A stretch of 64,000 nucleotides of DNA from contig NC_073414.1 of NCBI RefSeq assembly GCF_028641065.1, forward strand, positions 5,828,001 through 5,892,000. Direction: 5' to 3'. The notes beneath the pieces are model-generated. The model saw only the letters and a program-made list of their open reading frames with translations, searched no databases and was not told the origin of the DNA. Every line of letters starts with the position of its first letter. Position 1 is the stretch's first letter. A program made the position numbers and the translations under genes. This stretch comes from Leucoraja erinacea. Lineage: Eukaryota. Positions 25,501 through 37,012 of the stretch are shown here, piece after piece.

Positions 25501-28500
25501 GATTGACCCTCCGAGAGCCTCCAAATTTCTTTAAATGTGGCTTCCCATGATTAGCAACACCTCAGCTGCCAGACCCTAAATTTAATAATACCTACAATAA
25601 ATATTTGTCTTTTCATTTCCTTAAAATTTACCTCAATGACCATGTTGCTTTCTTAAAATTATACCCAGTAACACTGTTTCGGATATTGTACTACATTTAA
25701 ATGCTAGTTTATATTTGTCTTCATTCCAAGAGAGAATCTTAAGTTTAACAAAATAAAATAAATCTGAAAATTGCACTGAAGCACAGGGTTATGTTTGTTT
25801 TGACTTTAATATTTTGTTTTAATTTAAATTCTATTGAATGCAATTTAAATGGTTCTCACTAATTTTCTATATTAGATTGCCTTATTTCACTTACAGTTAA
25901 TGGAAGCACATTTGATGGGAAGTGCTAGAAGGTGATGCTTCATATTTTGAAACTAAACATTTGAGCTAGAGTTTGTATCAAAGTTGTGCCCATTTAAGAT
26001 TTGATGGTACTATCTCAGTCAGGACATTTCCTGCTTATATAAACATCAATGTAATTTTTAAAATTTTGGTTTTATCATTCGCTACGTTGGCTAGTAGAGT
26101 TGATTGCATATTCAAATTCCAATGCATTTTTGAAACTATAAATTGCTGTCAGAGAGGGAGAGTAATTGAGGTGAGGGTTTGAGGAAATCGTATTCCTGAT
26201 AGCAAGAACTGCACAAACTTTGAGCAATATCATCATACATTTGGGATCTATACACAGTAGTTGTTCAAAGCCTTACCTTGATGTAGCTCGAGTACCTTGA
26301 TGCCTGACCATGAGGTATACCATGAGGACTTAATGTAGGGTTAAGGTAGGTGTGAGTTTCTTCATGTATATTTTTTGAGGTATGCATATTGACTAGAATT
26401 CATTTCACATATACCTATTAGTTTTAAATTGATTTTATAGCTGTCTTTCTTGCTCCCAGATTTTCTTTACATTGCATTCTTTGCATTGCATTCTTATTGT
26501 GTATAAAATGTGAAAATGTTAACTGTTAGATGACAAAATGCTTACCATGAACATTAGCATGCATCATAAAGAAGGAAATAGAAATTGAGAGTGGAATTCA
26601 AGAGTTTAGCACATCATCAACGTTGGAGCAATTGAATTCAGGGATCATAAAATAAAGAAAACAGACAGAAAATGCTGGAGTAACTCAGCAGGACAGGGAG
26701 CATCTCTGGAGAGAAGGAATGGGTGACGTTTCGGGTGGAGATCCTTACATCAGTCTTGATCCTCGTAATATTCCTGCTCTATTCAGTGATAACATATTTT
26801 TGATTACCTTTGTAAAATCAGCCCTGAGCATCTCTTGCATATACAGTTACAATTCCTCCACTTGCTCTCAATTTAGGTGGTCCATTGATATTATTTGTTT
26901 AAGTATCCTTCATTCTGTCCTCTACAAAAACATTGGACTAAGCATACCACAGAGTCACCAAAATGTCTCCAAAGATCTAAGAATTAAATTAGAGGAGTTA
27001 TATGAATGAAAAGTAGTATTCTCTGGATTATAGACGTAAATAAAGTTCTGTTTTTTTTTTAAATTAGTGGATTAAAGAGGGCAAATTCACACAAAAAATA
27101 GAACACACATGGGAACTTCCTCACACAGTGATGAATACTAACTCCGTGAATAATTTTGAATCCGAGACTGATAATGTTTTCCAATGAATATGAGAGGAGA
27201 TGATAAAACAAGGGGAGTATATGATATGATAATATGAGAGGAGGTGATAAAACAAGGGGAGCTACACCTTGTTTACTAAACTCACGATATTAATGCTCAG
27301 TAGAAGAAGGTTGATGGGTTGAACTCATAATCCTATGTTCTAGTGTGATGAGAAAGCTTGGTAGCTTTCTCATAACACAACGTTCCAATCTGTACACGCT
27401 ATTACAGTTACAGACTTACGAAATTTGGAATCAATTTGTTTTCTTTCTCTACAGTACTGTAAGCTGAGGCTACTGTATCCACCCATGTGTTCAAATCATC
27501 TATTATGTTCCGCAGAAAATAATCATGTCACTGTTAAGCATTATTCCAAATGTTTTAACCTTTTACACTTTTCTACATGAAAACGTTTGCCACCCTTCAG
27601 TCGAATTCTTTAATCCGATAAAACAATCCACGTTTAATTGGTTTGTTCTGTTGCTACCAGGTTTCACTCCCCTTTTCCAAATCAATTGTGTACGTAGTGA
27701 ACAGGTATAGCCTCAACACTCATCCTGGAAAAGCTGCTGATCACTTCTTTCCAAGACGTACTGCACCCATGATTGAGGTCCTTTACATTGTGGAACAACT
27801 TTGGTTGCAGTCACGGTGATAATTGTCCAGATGTTACATTGCAGGGAGAATCGAGACTTTAAAATTTTATATGGAGCATTTTGACCTTAAGATATTGCAT
27901 AACAGGGATTTTTTTTTAAATCCAAAGCTTGCATTTGAGAGCTGGGCCTCTGAAGAATGACATCCAATCTTGAAATAACAGTTTTGTTCTATGAAATAGA
28001 ACTGTTTCAGGATTATCTCACAAATTAATATAGGGTGCCAAGAGTGGACGATCTACAAGGGATTGAAAGGGATAGCAGGGATTTAAATTTACTTTTTAAA
28101 AAGCAAATAATTTTTATGTCTAATATAAGGGACAGATCATTAACCATACACTTGTTAACTAATGAGAAAGATGAAAACATGATTCCAGCTTTGGATTAAT
28201 TTTGTGAAAGGATCTTTCTTCATTCTCTGCCTTAGGAAGCAGGGCTGAGAATGTGAGTATGTGTTTTGTTAGTTTCTGTCTAGATTTTTAGTGCATCAAG
28301 CTATCATGAGATCATTTTTAAAGTGCTAGCTTTGTTAACCTGCAGTACTATGCCAGAATAATAAAATAAAATATTTTAGTTTGTGTACCATGACAGTGTA
28401 ACTTTATGAATTTTATTACTCTCCTGGACATTTGTGGGAGGATCTCGCAAGGTTAAACTTAAATTTGAAAAAAAAAGTACACATTTTAAAAGCTGTACTT

Positions 28501-28699
28501 CACTGTCATAATGGCGTTAAGAAGTTGTGTTCTTTTATGCCTAATCATTGTTTGTTGTTGTAATTTTCAGACTTGCTCACAGACAAATGCTCAGGTTATT
28601 AATCCCTCCAATACGGTCATGGTTATTTGTGAAGACAATGGCAATCTGATTTATACACTTCAGGAGTCACCAATTGAAGATGATGACGATGTTCTTTGA
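10661..28699 (+). CDS. THAP domain protein, THAP5/THAP8 subfamily (N-terminus most like THAP8); exons 10661-10743, 17382-17574, 21747-22853, 28571-28699; ~503 aa
   Basis: [28 protein letters not shown]|[64 protein letters not shown] is a C2CH THAP finger with FP, W and an AVPTIF-like box. It is followed by a basic NLS-like segment, a long S/T/E-rich linker, an EHSY motif and a coiled coil. All junctions are phase-consistent (2, 0, 0). Confidence 0.92.
10795..11740 (+). repeat. GT/GGGT-rich low-complexity minisatellite in THAP intron 1
   Basis: Imperfect gtgag/gggtgt units with internal block duplications (e.g. ~11290-11397 repeated at ~11568-11677). Extreme G/T strand skew. Confidence 0.9.
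13530..13585 (+). repeat. (GATA)n microsatellite
   Basis: Two runs of gatagatagata. Confidence 0.9.
14970..15590 (+). mobile_element. Degenerate CR1-type LINE 3' fragment
   Basis: Contains ttgtacaaggcattggtgaggccg (LYKALVRP) and tttcacacagagggtgatg..tggaatgcactgcc. Confidence 0.75.
15951..16367 (+). mobile_element. Non-autonomous element with Helentron/HINE-like ends
   Basis: Begins ACTAGAC and ends (CA)n-ttttaatattatatatagat. A similar ACTAGACC start is on the minus strand at ~57610. The classification is tentative. Confidence 0.4.
17382..17574 (+). CDS. THAP gene exon 2
   Basis: Encodes FP..W..CSEHF..PTIF. Acceptor ttttgattgAG, donor ACG|GTACGT. Confidence 0.93.
21747..22853 (+). CDS. 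THAP gene exon 3 (linker, HCF-1-binding motif EHSY, coiled coil)
   Basis: Long ORF 21801-22895, extended in frame to the CAGCAG acceptor. EHSY at 22659-22670. Donor ATG|GTAGGT. Confidence 0.9.
23530..25027 (-). mobile_element. Rex1/Babar LINE, 5'-truncated, frameshifted RT, nested in an older Penelope-like fragment
   Basis: Peptides [49 protein letters not shown] and [12 protein letters not shown] across ORFs 24545-25027, 24081-24554 and 23694-23978. (TTA)n tail at ~23535-23557. Flanks 23340-23520 and 25030-25165 are Penelope-like remnants. Confidence 0.9.
28571..28699 (+). CDS. THAP gene terminal exon
   Basis: Acceptor aattttcag, phase 0. Encodes [42 protein letters not shown]. Confidence 0.75.
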   Translation, partial: TCSQTNAQVINPSNTVMVICEDNGNLIYTLQESPIEDDDDVL

Positions 28700-30354
28700 A
28701 GAAAGTTTACAGCTTCAAGAATACCTGCTTACTAATCACTGCAACAGTTGTTGCATGTTTGTTTGTTTGTCATTCATTCGTGAAAATGCCTGTTTTTTTT
28801 TTAAATGAAAAGATTAAATTATTTTTTTATTTCTACCATTTCTCTGTTATTAGTTTTTCTTAATTCAGCTGCAGTAGTGGTTTGACGATGATCTTGACCA
28901 GATGTAGAGCGATGTGCTTTAATGTTCATCAAGTTAAGAAATCTTTGGGAGCTACCATTTATGTGCTATTGTGTGATCAATATACTAACAACAGTTCGGA
29001 GGGCTACACTTCAAACATCTAACCGTGAAAACTTAACGCACAATATGAAAAGCAACCTGTTTAATCAGCTGAATTGCTTGTTCCTACCATTTAAAAATTC
29101 TGCTTGCTTTATTTATCTTTACGAGTTTTTATCCCTTGCTCTTCATCAAAGATCAGAATTTCTTCCTGGTGCTTGCTCAAGCAGACATTCAAAGAGTCAT
29201 AGCCATACAGCATGGTAATAAGCCCTTCGACCAAACTCGTCCATGGTAATCAAGTTGCCCTACATAAGCCAGTCCCAGTTGCCCATGTTTGGCCCATATC
29301 CCTCTAAAGCATTTCTACCCATGTACCTGTTCAAGTGCTTTTTAAATGCGAGCCTTAATGATAAATATTTTTGATCCTGTTGGTTACAAATAATTATTTT
29401 CACTAGGAGATAACTTCCCAGGTTTGTAGGTTAATTGGTTTCTGTATATTGTCCCTGGTGTGTAGGATAGTGTTAGTGTACGGGATGATCGCTGGTCAGT
29501 GCAGATTTGGTGGGTGAAGGGCCTTTTTTCTGCGCTGTATCTCTAAAGTTTGAAGTAGGTAGTATAACTGCCCCAGGAAAGATTAATGTGTTCTTGGATA
29601 GAGGTAAGAGAAGAAACGTATGAAAGAAGAACAATGCTCTTTTTCCTGTTATTGTCAACTATGCCCCAGTGGTCGTATTGTAACCTGGCCAGAAGGTAGT
29701 GGATTCAGCTTCCATGCTATAAACTTAAGTATATAATCGATGTTGACATTCCAGTACTGTACTGTTAAATACAGACTCCTGGATATACTATTAGAGCTGT
29801 CTTCACAGATGCTTGTAAAACATTGCATGGTACTTTCTAAAGTAGAGCTAAGAATCTTTCTGTGGTAGCCTAAATAATTTTTAACTGAAATGACTATCGT
29901 GTTGTTTACGGGGAAAGTGTGTGAAAATTAACGCGATTCCTGGATTACACAAATTATTTTTTTAAACTTCTAGATTGATTATAAAATGTCAAAGGACATT
30001 CTGCATTTTGAGACATTTAAGGCTTTGCTTACTCCAACAGATGGTCAAGATTTTGTATCTGATTCATGAGAGGAGAGTAAAACATGTCAAGCAGGTTGCT
30101 GCAGTAATCCAGAAGGTGGAGATAGAGAGAACTATTGTGAATGGTATTCACTGACTACTGCTGGAAAGTCAGGAAGAAGCTTGACTATAGAGCTCCACCA
30201 TGGAAATGATAAGAGGCCAAAAAGTAACTCAGCGGGTCAGGCAGCATCTCTGAAGAACATGGATAGGTGACGTTTCAAGTCGGGATCCTTCTTCAGACAG
30301 ATTGGGGGGGAGAGGGGAGAGGGAGGGAAGAAAGCCAGGAGAGAGGAGAGAAAC

Positions 30355-31510
30355 TGAAAAATAGGTGCAGGAGTAGGCCGTTTGGCCCCTTGAGCCAGCA
30401 CTGCCAATCAATATGATCATGGCTGATCATCTAAAATCAGTACCCTGTTCCTGCTTTTTTCCCATATCCCTTGATTCCTTTAGCCCTAAGAGCTAAATCT
30501 AACTCCCTCTTGAAAGCATCCTGTGAATTGGCCTCCACTGCCTTCTGTGGCAGAGAATTCCACAGATTCACAACTCTCTGGGTGAAGAAGTCTTTCCTCA
30601 TCTCAGTCCTAAATGGCTTACCCCTTATTCGTAATCCGTGACCCCTGGTTCTGAACTCCCCCAACATCGGGAACATTTTTCCTGCATCTAGCCTGTCCAA
30701 TCCTTTAAGAATTATATATGTTTCTATAAGATCCACTCTCACCCTTCTAAATTCCAGTGAATACAAGCCCAGTCAACCCATTCTTTCATCATGTCAGTCC
30801 CGCCATCCTGGCAATTAACCTGGTGAACCTACGCTGCACTCCCGCAAGAGCAACAATGTCCTTTCTCAAATTCGGAGACCAAAATTGCACACAGTACATC
30901 AGGTCCAGTCTCACCAGGGCCCTGAGCCTTGAGGCACCCCACTAGTCACTGCCTGCCATTCTGAAAAGGACCCGTTAATTCCTACTCTTTGCTTCCTGTC
31001 TGACCAGTTCTCTATCCATGCCTACCCCCAATACCATGTGTTCTAATTTTGCACACTAGTCTCTTGTGTGGGACCTTGTCAAAGGCTTTTTGAAAGTCCA
31101 GATACATCACATCCACTGGCTCTCCCTTATCCATTCTACTTGTTACATTCTCAAAAAATTCCAGAAGATTAGTCAAGCATGATTTCCCCTTCATAAATCC
31201 ATGCTGACTTTGACCGATCCTGTCACTGCTTTCAAAACGTGCTGCTATAACATCTTTAACAATCGATTCAAGCATCTTCCCCACTATCGATGTAAGGCTA
31301 ACTGGTCTATAATTCAGTTTTCTCTCTCCCTTATTACTTAAAAAATGGGGTTACATTGGCTACCCTCCAGTCCACAGGAACTGATCCAGAGTCGAGAGAA
31401 CATTGGAAAATGATCAATGCATCCACGATTTCTAGTACTCTGGGATGCAGACCATCAGGCCCTGGGGATTTATCGGCCTTCAGTCCCAACGGTTTACCAA
31501 CACCATTTCT
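30355..31510 (-). mobile_element. CR1-type LINE fragment (RT plus 3' end, internally deleted)
   Basis: Peptides QSQHGFMKGKSCLTNLLEFFE..YLDFQKAFDKVPH, KSPGPDGLHPRVL and DLIETY..FFTQRVVNLWNSLP. Confidence 0.9.
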
Positions 31511-34500
31511 TGGCAGGACAAAGGATGGCAAGTAATAGATTTATCACAGACAAGGGAGGGTTTTGATAGGCAGATGGATGGAACAAAGGCCAGAGATAAA
31601 AGCAGGTGTGGGACAGACGGATGGAAAAGTTGTGAATTCTGATGCCAGAGCAAGGAAAGTAGGGGGAAAAATAGGTGGGAGTCCAGTTGGGGCAAAGGGG
31701 AGGGGAGAATAGATTAATGCTTGTTATCTTTAAGCTAATAGGCAGAGCATTCCAGTGGAATCATTGTAATATTTCTTTAAAGTATTTGGACAAACAACGT
31801 TTCACTCGATCTGGTGATGGAAGAAATGGCACTTCATTCAGCCTCAACTAAATTGTTTTCTGAGTCAGAAGTCAAAGACTTGATCTGATTAAATTAACGT
31901 AGACAGACTGGTACAGTATGGACAAAATTCTGTTTTGATGGAAATGCTGTCCTTTGGGTGCATCATTAAACTAGGGCTCTCACTTATTTTGTTCGACAGT
32001 GTTGAAAAATCCCGTGGTGTTATTTTGAATATCGGAAAGGAGTTGATCATGGTCTTGCCCAATGTTTATTCTTGGCATTAATTTTTTTTAAATAGTTAAG
32101 AGCATCCTCACATCTTTTTGTGTGGTTAAGATCCTGTATTTGATGGCTGCTTATTCACTTTGGAATTGCTAAATGTGAATATATTCAATTTAAAAATGGA
32201 AAGGGGGAGCAGTTAGGGTAATGTAAAGAAATAAGGATATGGTGACGTTTCAAGTCGGGATCCTTCTTCAGACAGATTGGGGGGGGAGAGGGAGGGAGGA
32301 AAGCAAGCCAGGAGAGGGGAGAGAAACTGAAAAATAGGTGCAGGAGTAGGCCGTTCGGCCCCTTGAGCCAGCACTACCAATCAATATGATCATGGCTGAT
32401 CATCTAAAATCAGTACCCCGTTCCTGCTTTTTCCCCATATCCCTTGATTCCTTTAGCCCTAAGAGCTAAATCTAACTCCCTCTTGAAAGCATCCTGTGAA
32501 TTGGCCTCCACTGCCAGATTCACAACTCTCTTTTTGTGTGATTTTTTTTTTTCCCCCTCCCGAGTATGAATCATCTGCCTTGCCTACTTAATTGAGGCAG
32601 GAATACTTTCAAAGTTCTTGATTGGATGTAAAATGCATCAAATGTACTATAAAAATGCTTTTATGCATTTCTTTTTTGTAGTGTATTTCTAAATTAATCC
32701 AACATTGTGGCATTTAGTTGGATTCGCAATATTCAGATTCAGAGGAAAATGTTCCCATCTTAAGGAATTCATTTATTTATACTAAGCACTGTACAATTGA
32801 CCTGAACAAGAGTTAAGTATCAATGTCCTAAAACAACTATATTGAATTAACAACATTGTGTTGAGAATATTTATATATGTTTTATGTTCCATTATTCCCG
32901 AAGTGCTTTATATCTGTCATATTGTGAATTTAAAATGATTTGTTGCTTTTAAACCAACCACTACCGTGTGTTTTGACGGTATCTTTGAAGAATCTTGAGC
33001 AAAAAGCTAACTGCTTGAAGGAGGGTCCCGACCCAAAGTGTCATCTGTTCGTTTTGATACACAGATACTGCCCAACTTGCTGAGCCCTTGCAGCAGTTTA
33101 TTTACTTTGTATTTTATGTTCATTCCCAACCTTTCTGTTGATGACAGAAGGTAGACAAAAATGCTGGAGAAACTCAGCGGCTGAGGGTTGAGACTCGAAG
33201 GGTTGCCTATTTCCTTTGCTCCATAGATGTTGCCTCACCTGCTGAATTGCTCCAGCATTTTTGTCTACCTTCGATTTTCCAGCATCTGCAGTTCCTTCTT
33301 AAACTTTCTGTTGATGACTACTGCTTTCCATCCTGCATATTAGCTGTCAACATTGACAAATTCTTGAATGGCTGGACAAAGTGACAATTTTGCTCAGCTA
33401 TTTTTACTGTGTTGCATACTTGTCTGAAGAAGGGTCTCGACCCAAAACATCACCCATTCTCTCCAGAGATGCTGCCTGTCCCACTGAGTTACTCCAGCTT
33501 TTTGTGTCTATCTTTGATAAAACAATGGTTGGTTAAGATCCCGTATTTGATGGCTGCTTATTCACTTTGGAATTGCTAAATGTGAATATATTCAATTTAA
33601 AAATGGAAAGGGGGAGCAGTTAGAGTAATGTAAAGAAATAAGGATATGGTGCCTGCAATGAGCTGGAGTCAGGATGGCCACCTCCCAGGGAATTAAAGAT
33701 GTATAATTTTTTTACTACTAAAGCATAGTGACTCATTTTAAAAAAAACTACTCTGCTGCATCCTGAATGGTGAAGAACGAAAACAATATTGGATTTTACA
33801 ATTCAGATATATTTAATATCTATTAAAGGATATTGATTTTCATTGAAACAAAATTTGTATTTATTTTAGCATTCTGGAATTTTAACATCTATCTTTCCCA
33901 TTATGCAATTCCAGTTAACCTTAATTGCCAAAATGACAAAAACATACTTTTTCGGTGAGATGGGATTTTGGATTGATGCTGGTAATCTGGGGAATTATGT
34001 TGTGGTGATCTTTTATGGCCAGATTACAGCAGTAGTTTCTAGTGTTTCAAAGGTGAAGTGCAACTGAAATGCAAAAACAATAAGCATTTGAAGGAAATCT
34101 GAAAGAAAGACAAAAACTGCTGGAAATCCATCATTGACACTTTTCTGGAATAGCTGTAATTTCAATAGTGTTATAGTGAGCAAAGTACATTTTATCATAA
34201 TTGCCTTTTCTGCACGACAAAATATGATTATAATGTAGAAACAACGAGCTGCAGATGCTGGTTAATAAACAAAAGGACACAACGTGCTGGATTAACAGCG
34301 TCTCTGGAGAACATGGACAGGTGACATTTCGAGTCGGGGGGGGGGGGGAGAGAACTGAAATAGGATCCGAAGCGTCATCTATCCTTGTTCTCCAGAGATT
34401 ATGTCTGATCTGCTGAGTTACTCCAGCACGTTGTGTCCAAATAAGATTACAAATTTACCACAACTTATGGTTTTAGCCTATTTTTGATTATCATAGAAAC

Positions 34501-35149
34501 AACTTTTGAATTTTAAGTGAATACCATAACCTCGTTTGGATAATAAATTACATACATTTCACCTTCGGAAAAAGTTAAACTTAACGTTGGCTATGTTGTT
34601 CTCAGTACACCTCGTGATCAGAGTGCGACTGGCGAGTGACAGAGATTGCGAAAGCCTGAATGCGATTATTAATTCTTAATCTCTCCTGTTTCTATCACTA
34701 CAGGCAGAGGTGTGAAACTGAACTGGAAGGGTTGAGTTTGGCCAACACCACCACCATATCTCGAGAAAGAAACGTTTTGCTGGCAGCTCAAACTCTCTTG
34801 CCTTACACGGATATTTTAAAAAAAAGTTTGGCTGCACAGTTGTGCGGGCGAGCAAGCCTGCATGTGGGCGGGATGGAGGAGGTGGAGAGACCAGTCGATC
34901 GTGGATGTGGGACTACGTTTGCAACGCGATTAAAAAAAAAATCAAATCCTGACATGTTTTTTGTTTACTCCTTGTGGCAACCTCGTTCGCTCGGGAGGCG
35001 GTAGATGATTTGCACCAGTTAGTTGCTGTTTGCAGCCTGACCATGCTTGCACGGCCAGCAATGGGGTGGGATTAGCGTGCCAGGAGGGTGGAGGTGGAGG
35101 TGGGCAAAGATGCCAATACAAGTGGCAACCGAGTCTGCTGCACCCATGC

Positions 35150-36420
35150 AATGCCACCGCGGTACCACGTGGCCGGCGGTGGGGGTTGGGGGGGACAGGG
35201 GGGGGAGAGTCACGTGGTGCGGGCGGGAGGGCGCGGGCGGTGCGTGTTGTTTAGAGGCCTGGCAGCGGGCTCGAGCGCATCGCCTCGCCTCACCTCACCG
35301 CCGGCGGGCGAACGGACACCCGCGGGGTGGTGGTGGGAGAGGGAAGGGCAGTGGGACCGCACGGCCAACGCCATCCCGCTCACGGCTGCGAGGTAATAAA
35401 GCGCCTGGGGGGTGGGGGAGAGTGACCGGCGGAGAGAAGCAGGCGGACAGGCCCGCTGGTGGCACTCGAGGCCCAGGCGCCTTTTGTTCGGACTGTGAGT
35501 GCGTGTGTGTGTGTGGGGCGTGGGCCTTTGGCAGCGCTCACTCTCACCACCCCCACCCTCGCCACCTCCACCCACCTCCCCCCCCCCCCCCCCTCCTCCT
35601 CCTCCTGCTCCTGCCGCGGTGAGAGGAGCAGAGACGGCGAGGTGAGCGGTGAGCCCACCCTCTTACTTCCCACCCTCCCCCCCCCTCTTGCTTCCCTCCC
35701 ACCCTCTCTCTCTCCCCCCGAGAGCGGGCTGTGCTTGGCCCGCACCCAGTCCACTCCAGACCCAGACCCAGACCGCCAGACACGGAGCACGGCCCTGTAC
35801 AGCAGGGCCCCGGCCCGACCGCCTCCCACAATGGAGAAATGGAGAGCAATCACATGTCCGGCTACTCCCAGCGGTTCGCTCCCCATTGTCTCCCCGTCTC
35901 CCTCGGGGGAGGGTTTTCTTTGAACGATCTACCTCCCAGCTCTTCTATTTTAACTGGCCAAAAAATCACAGTCAAAGCCCGCTGCAGAACCGGTCCATGT
36001 GAAGTTGGCTGCCGCGAATCCAGCGCGTAAATTGCACCATTTATTTTCCCCTCCCCCTCCTCCCTCCTCGCTGCCCGCTTTATTAATCGGAGTTCTCGCC
36101 GCTTTCACTTCTAGGATGCCTTTGCCGAGTCGAGTGTGGAGCAGCCGCCTGACCCTCGGCGATGGCTGACGGCGGCCAGGAGCTGCCGGCCTTCTCCCGC
36201 CCCCCTTCCTGCTCCATGGCCGTGCATTGATTGAGGCGTCGCTGCGAACTGCAGGCTGCCTGCCCAACGGATTGCAAGCGCATACCTCTTGTCGTGTATC
36301 CACACACGTACACACACACACACACTTCGCCATGGACGGGAAAAAAATTGATGACATCGCTCCCGGCCGTCTTCGCCGCCTTGAAGACAACAATGGCGTG
36401 ATGAAGTCTCCTCCATCCTG
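35150..36420 (+). promoter_or_regulatory. CpG island, promoter and 5' UTR of MGA-like gene
   Basis: High GC and CpG density. CACGTG at 35166 and 35211, GGCGGGA at 35222. Candidate non-coding exon donor GAG|GTGAGC at 35641/35642 and acceptor ttcacttctAG at 36114. Confidence 0.7.
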
Positions 36421-37012
36421 CCTCAAGTCCGGGAACGTCAAGGTCTATCTGAAAAAGTGGAGCATCTGGGACAAATTTTACAATTTGGGTACCGAGATGA
36501 GAATGTCCAAACGGGGAAGGTTTATGTTTCCATACTGTGAATATTCAGTCTCCGGGCTGGATCCCGAGAAAAAGTACATCATGGCAATGGATATCTCTCC
36601 AGTGGACAGTTACCGCTACAGATACAATGGATGCAAATGGCAGATAAATGGGAAAGCAACCCCACATGTAATGGGGAGGCTTTATTTCCATCCAAATGGG
36701 AGTGTTTCTGGAAAAGAATGGATGCTTAAGACATTGTCTTTTGCCAAACTCAGATTGACCAATTGCCCTACAGCAGAAGAAGGCAATGCAATCCTTCATT
36801 CAATGCATCGATACATCCCCCAATTCCACATTATTGTAACTGATGGAATCATTGAGAAGCTAAACCTGAATGATCCCCGTGTCTACACATTTGTCTTTCA
36901 ACAAACTGAGTTCTTTGCTGTGACAAAGTATGAAAATAAATTTATCAGGCAGCTAAAACATTTCTATAATCCCTATGGCACTGCACTACGTGACCTAAAG
37001 ACCTCCAAACAG
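36332..37012 (+). CDS. MGA-like exon: complete T-box domain
   Basis: gccATGG Kozak context. Encodes W.KF...GTEM....GR.MFP, GLDP..KY, YFHP, W....LSF.KL.LTN, ILHSMHRYIP and F.F.QTEFFAVT.Y.N. Donor CAG|GTAAAT. Confidence 0.95.

Noticed and set aside
10661-28699. P-element/THAP9 transposase
   Set aside because: No transposase catalytic region follows the THAP finger. The architecture is THAP, linker, HBM and coiled coil.
35019-36441. Cluster of overlapping ORFs on both strands
   Set aside because: Expected stop-codon depletion in a CpG island. Only the T-box frame has homology support.
36332-37012. Intronless T-box as a retrocopy of a TBX gene
   Set aside because: It ends at a splice donor and is followed by in-phase exons with MGA motifs and a bHLH-Zip. 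A single-exon T-box is characteristic of MGA.
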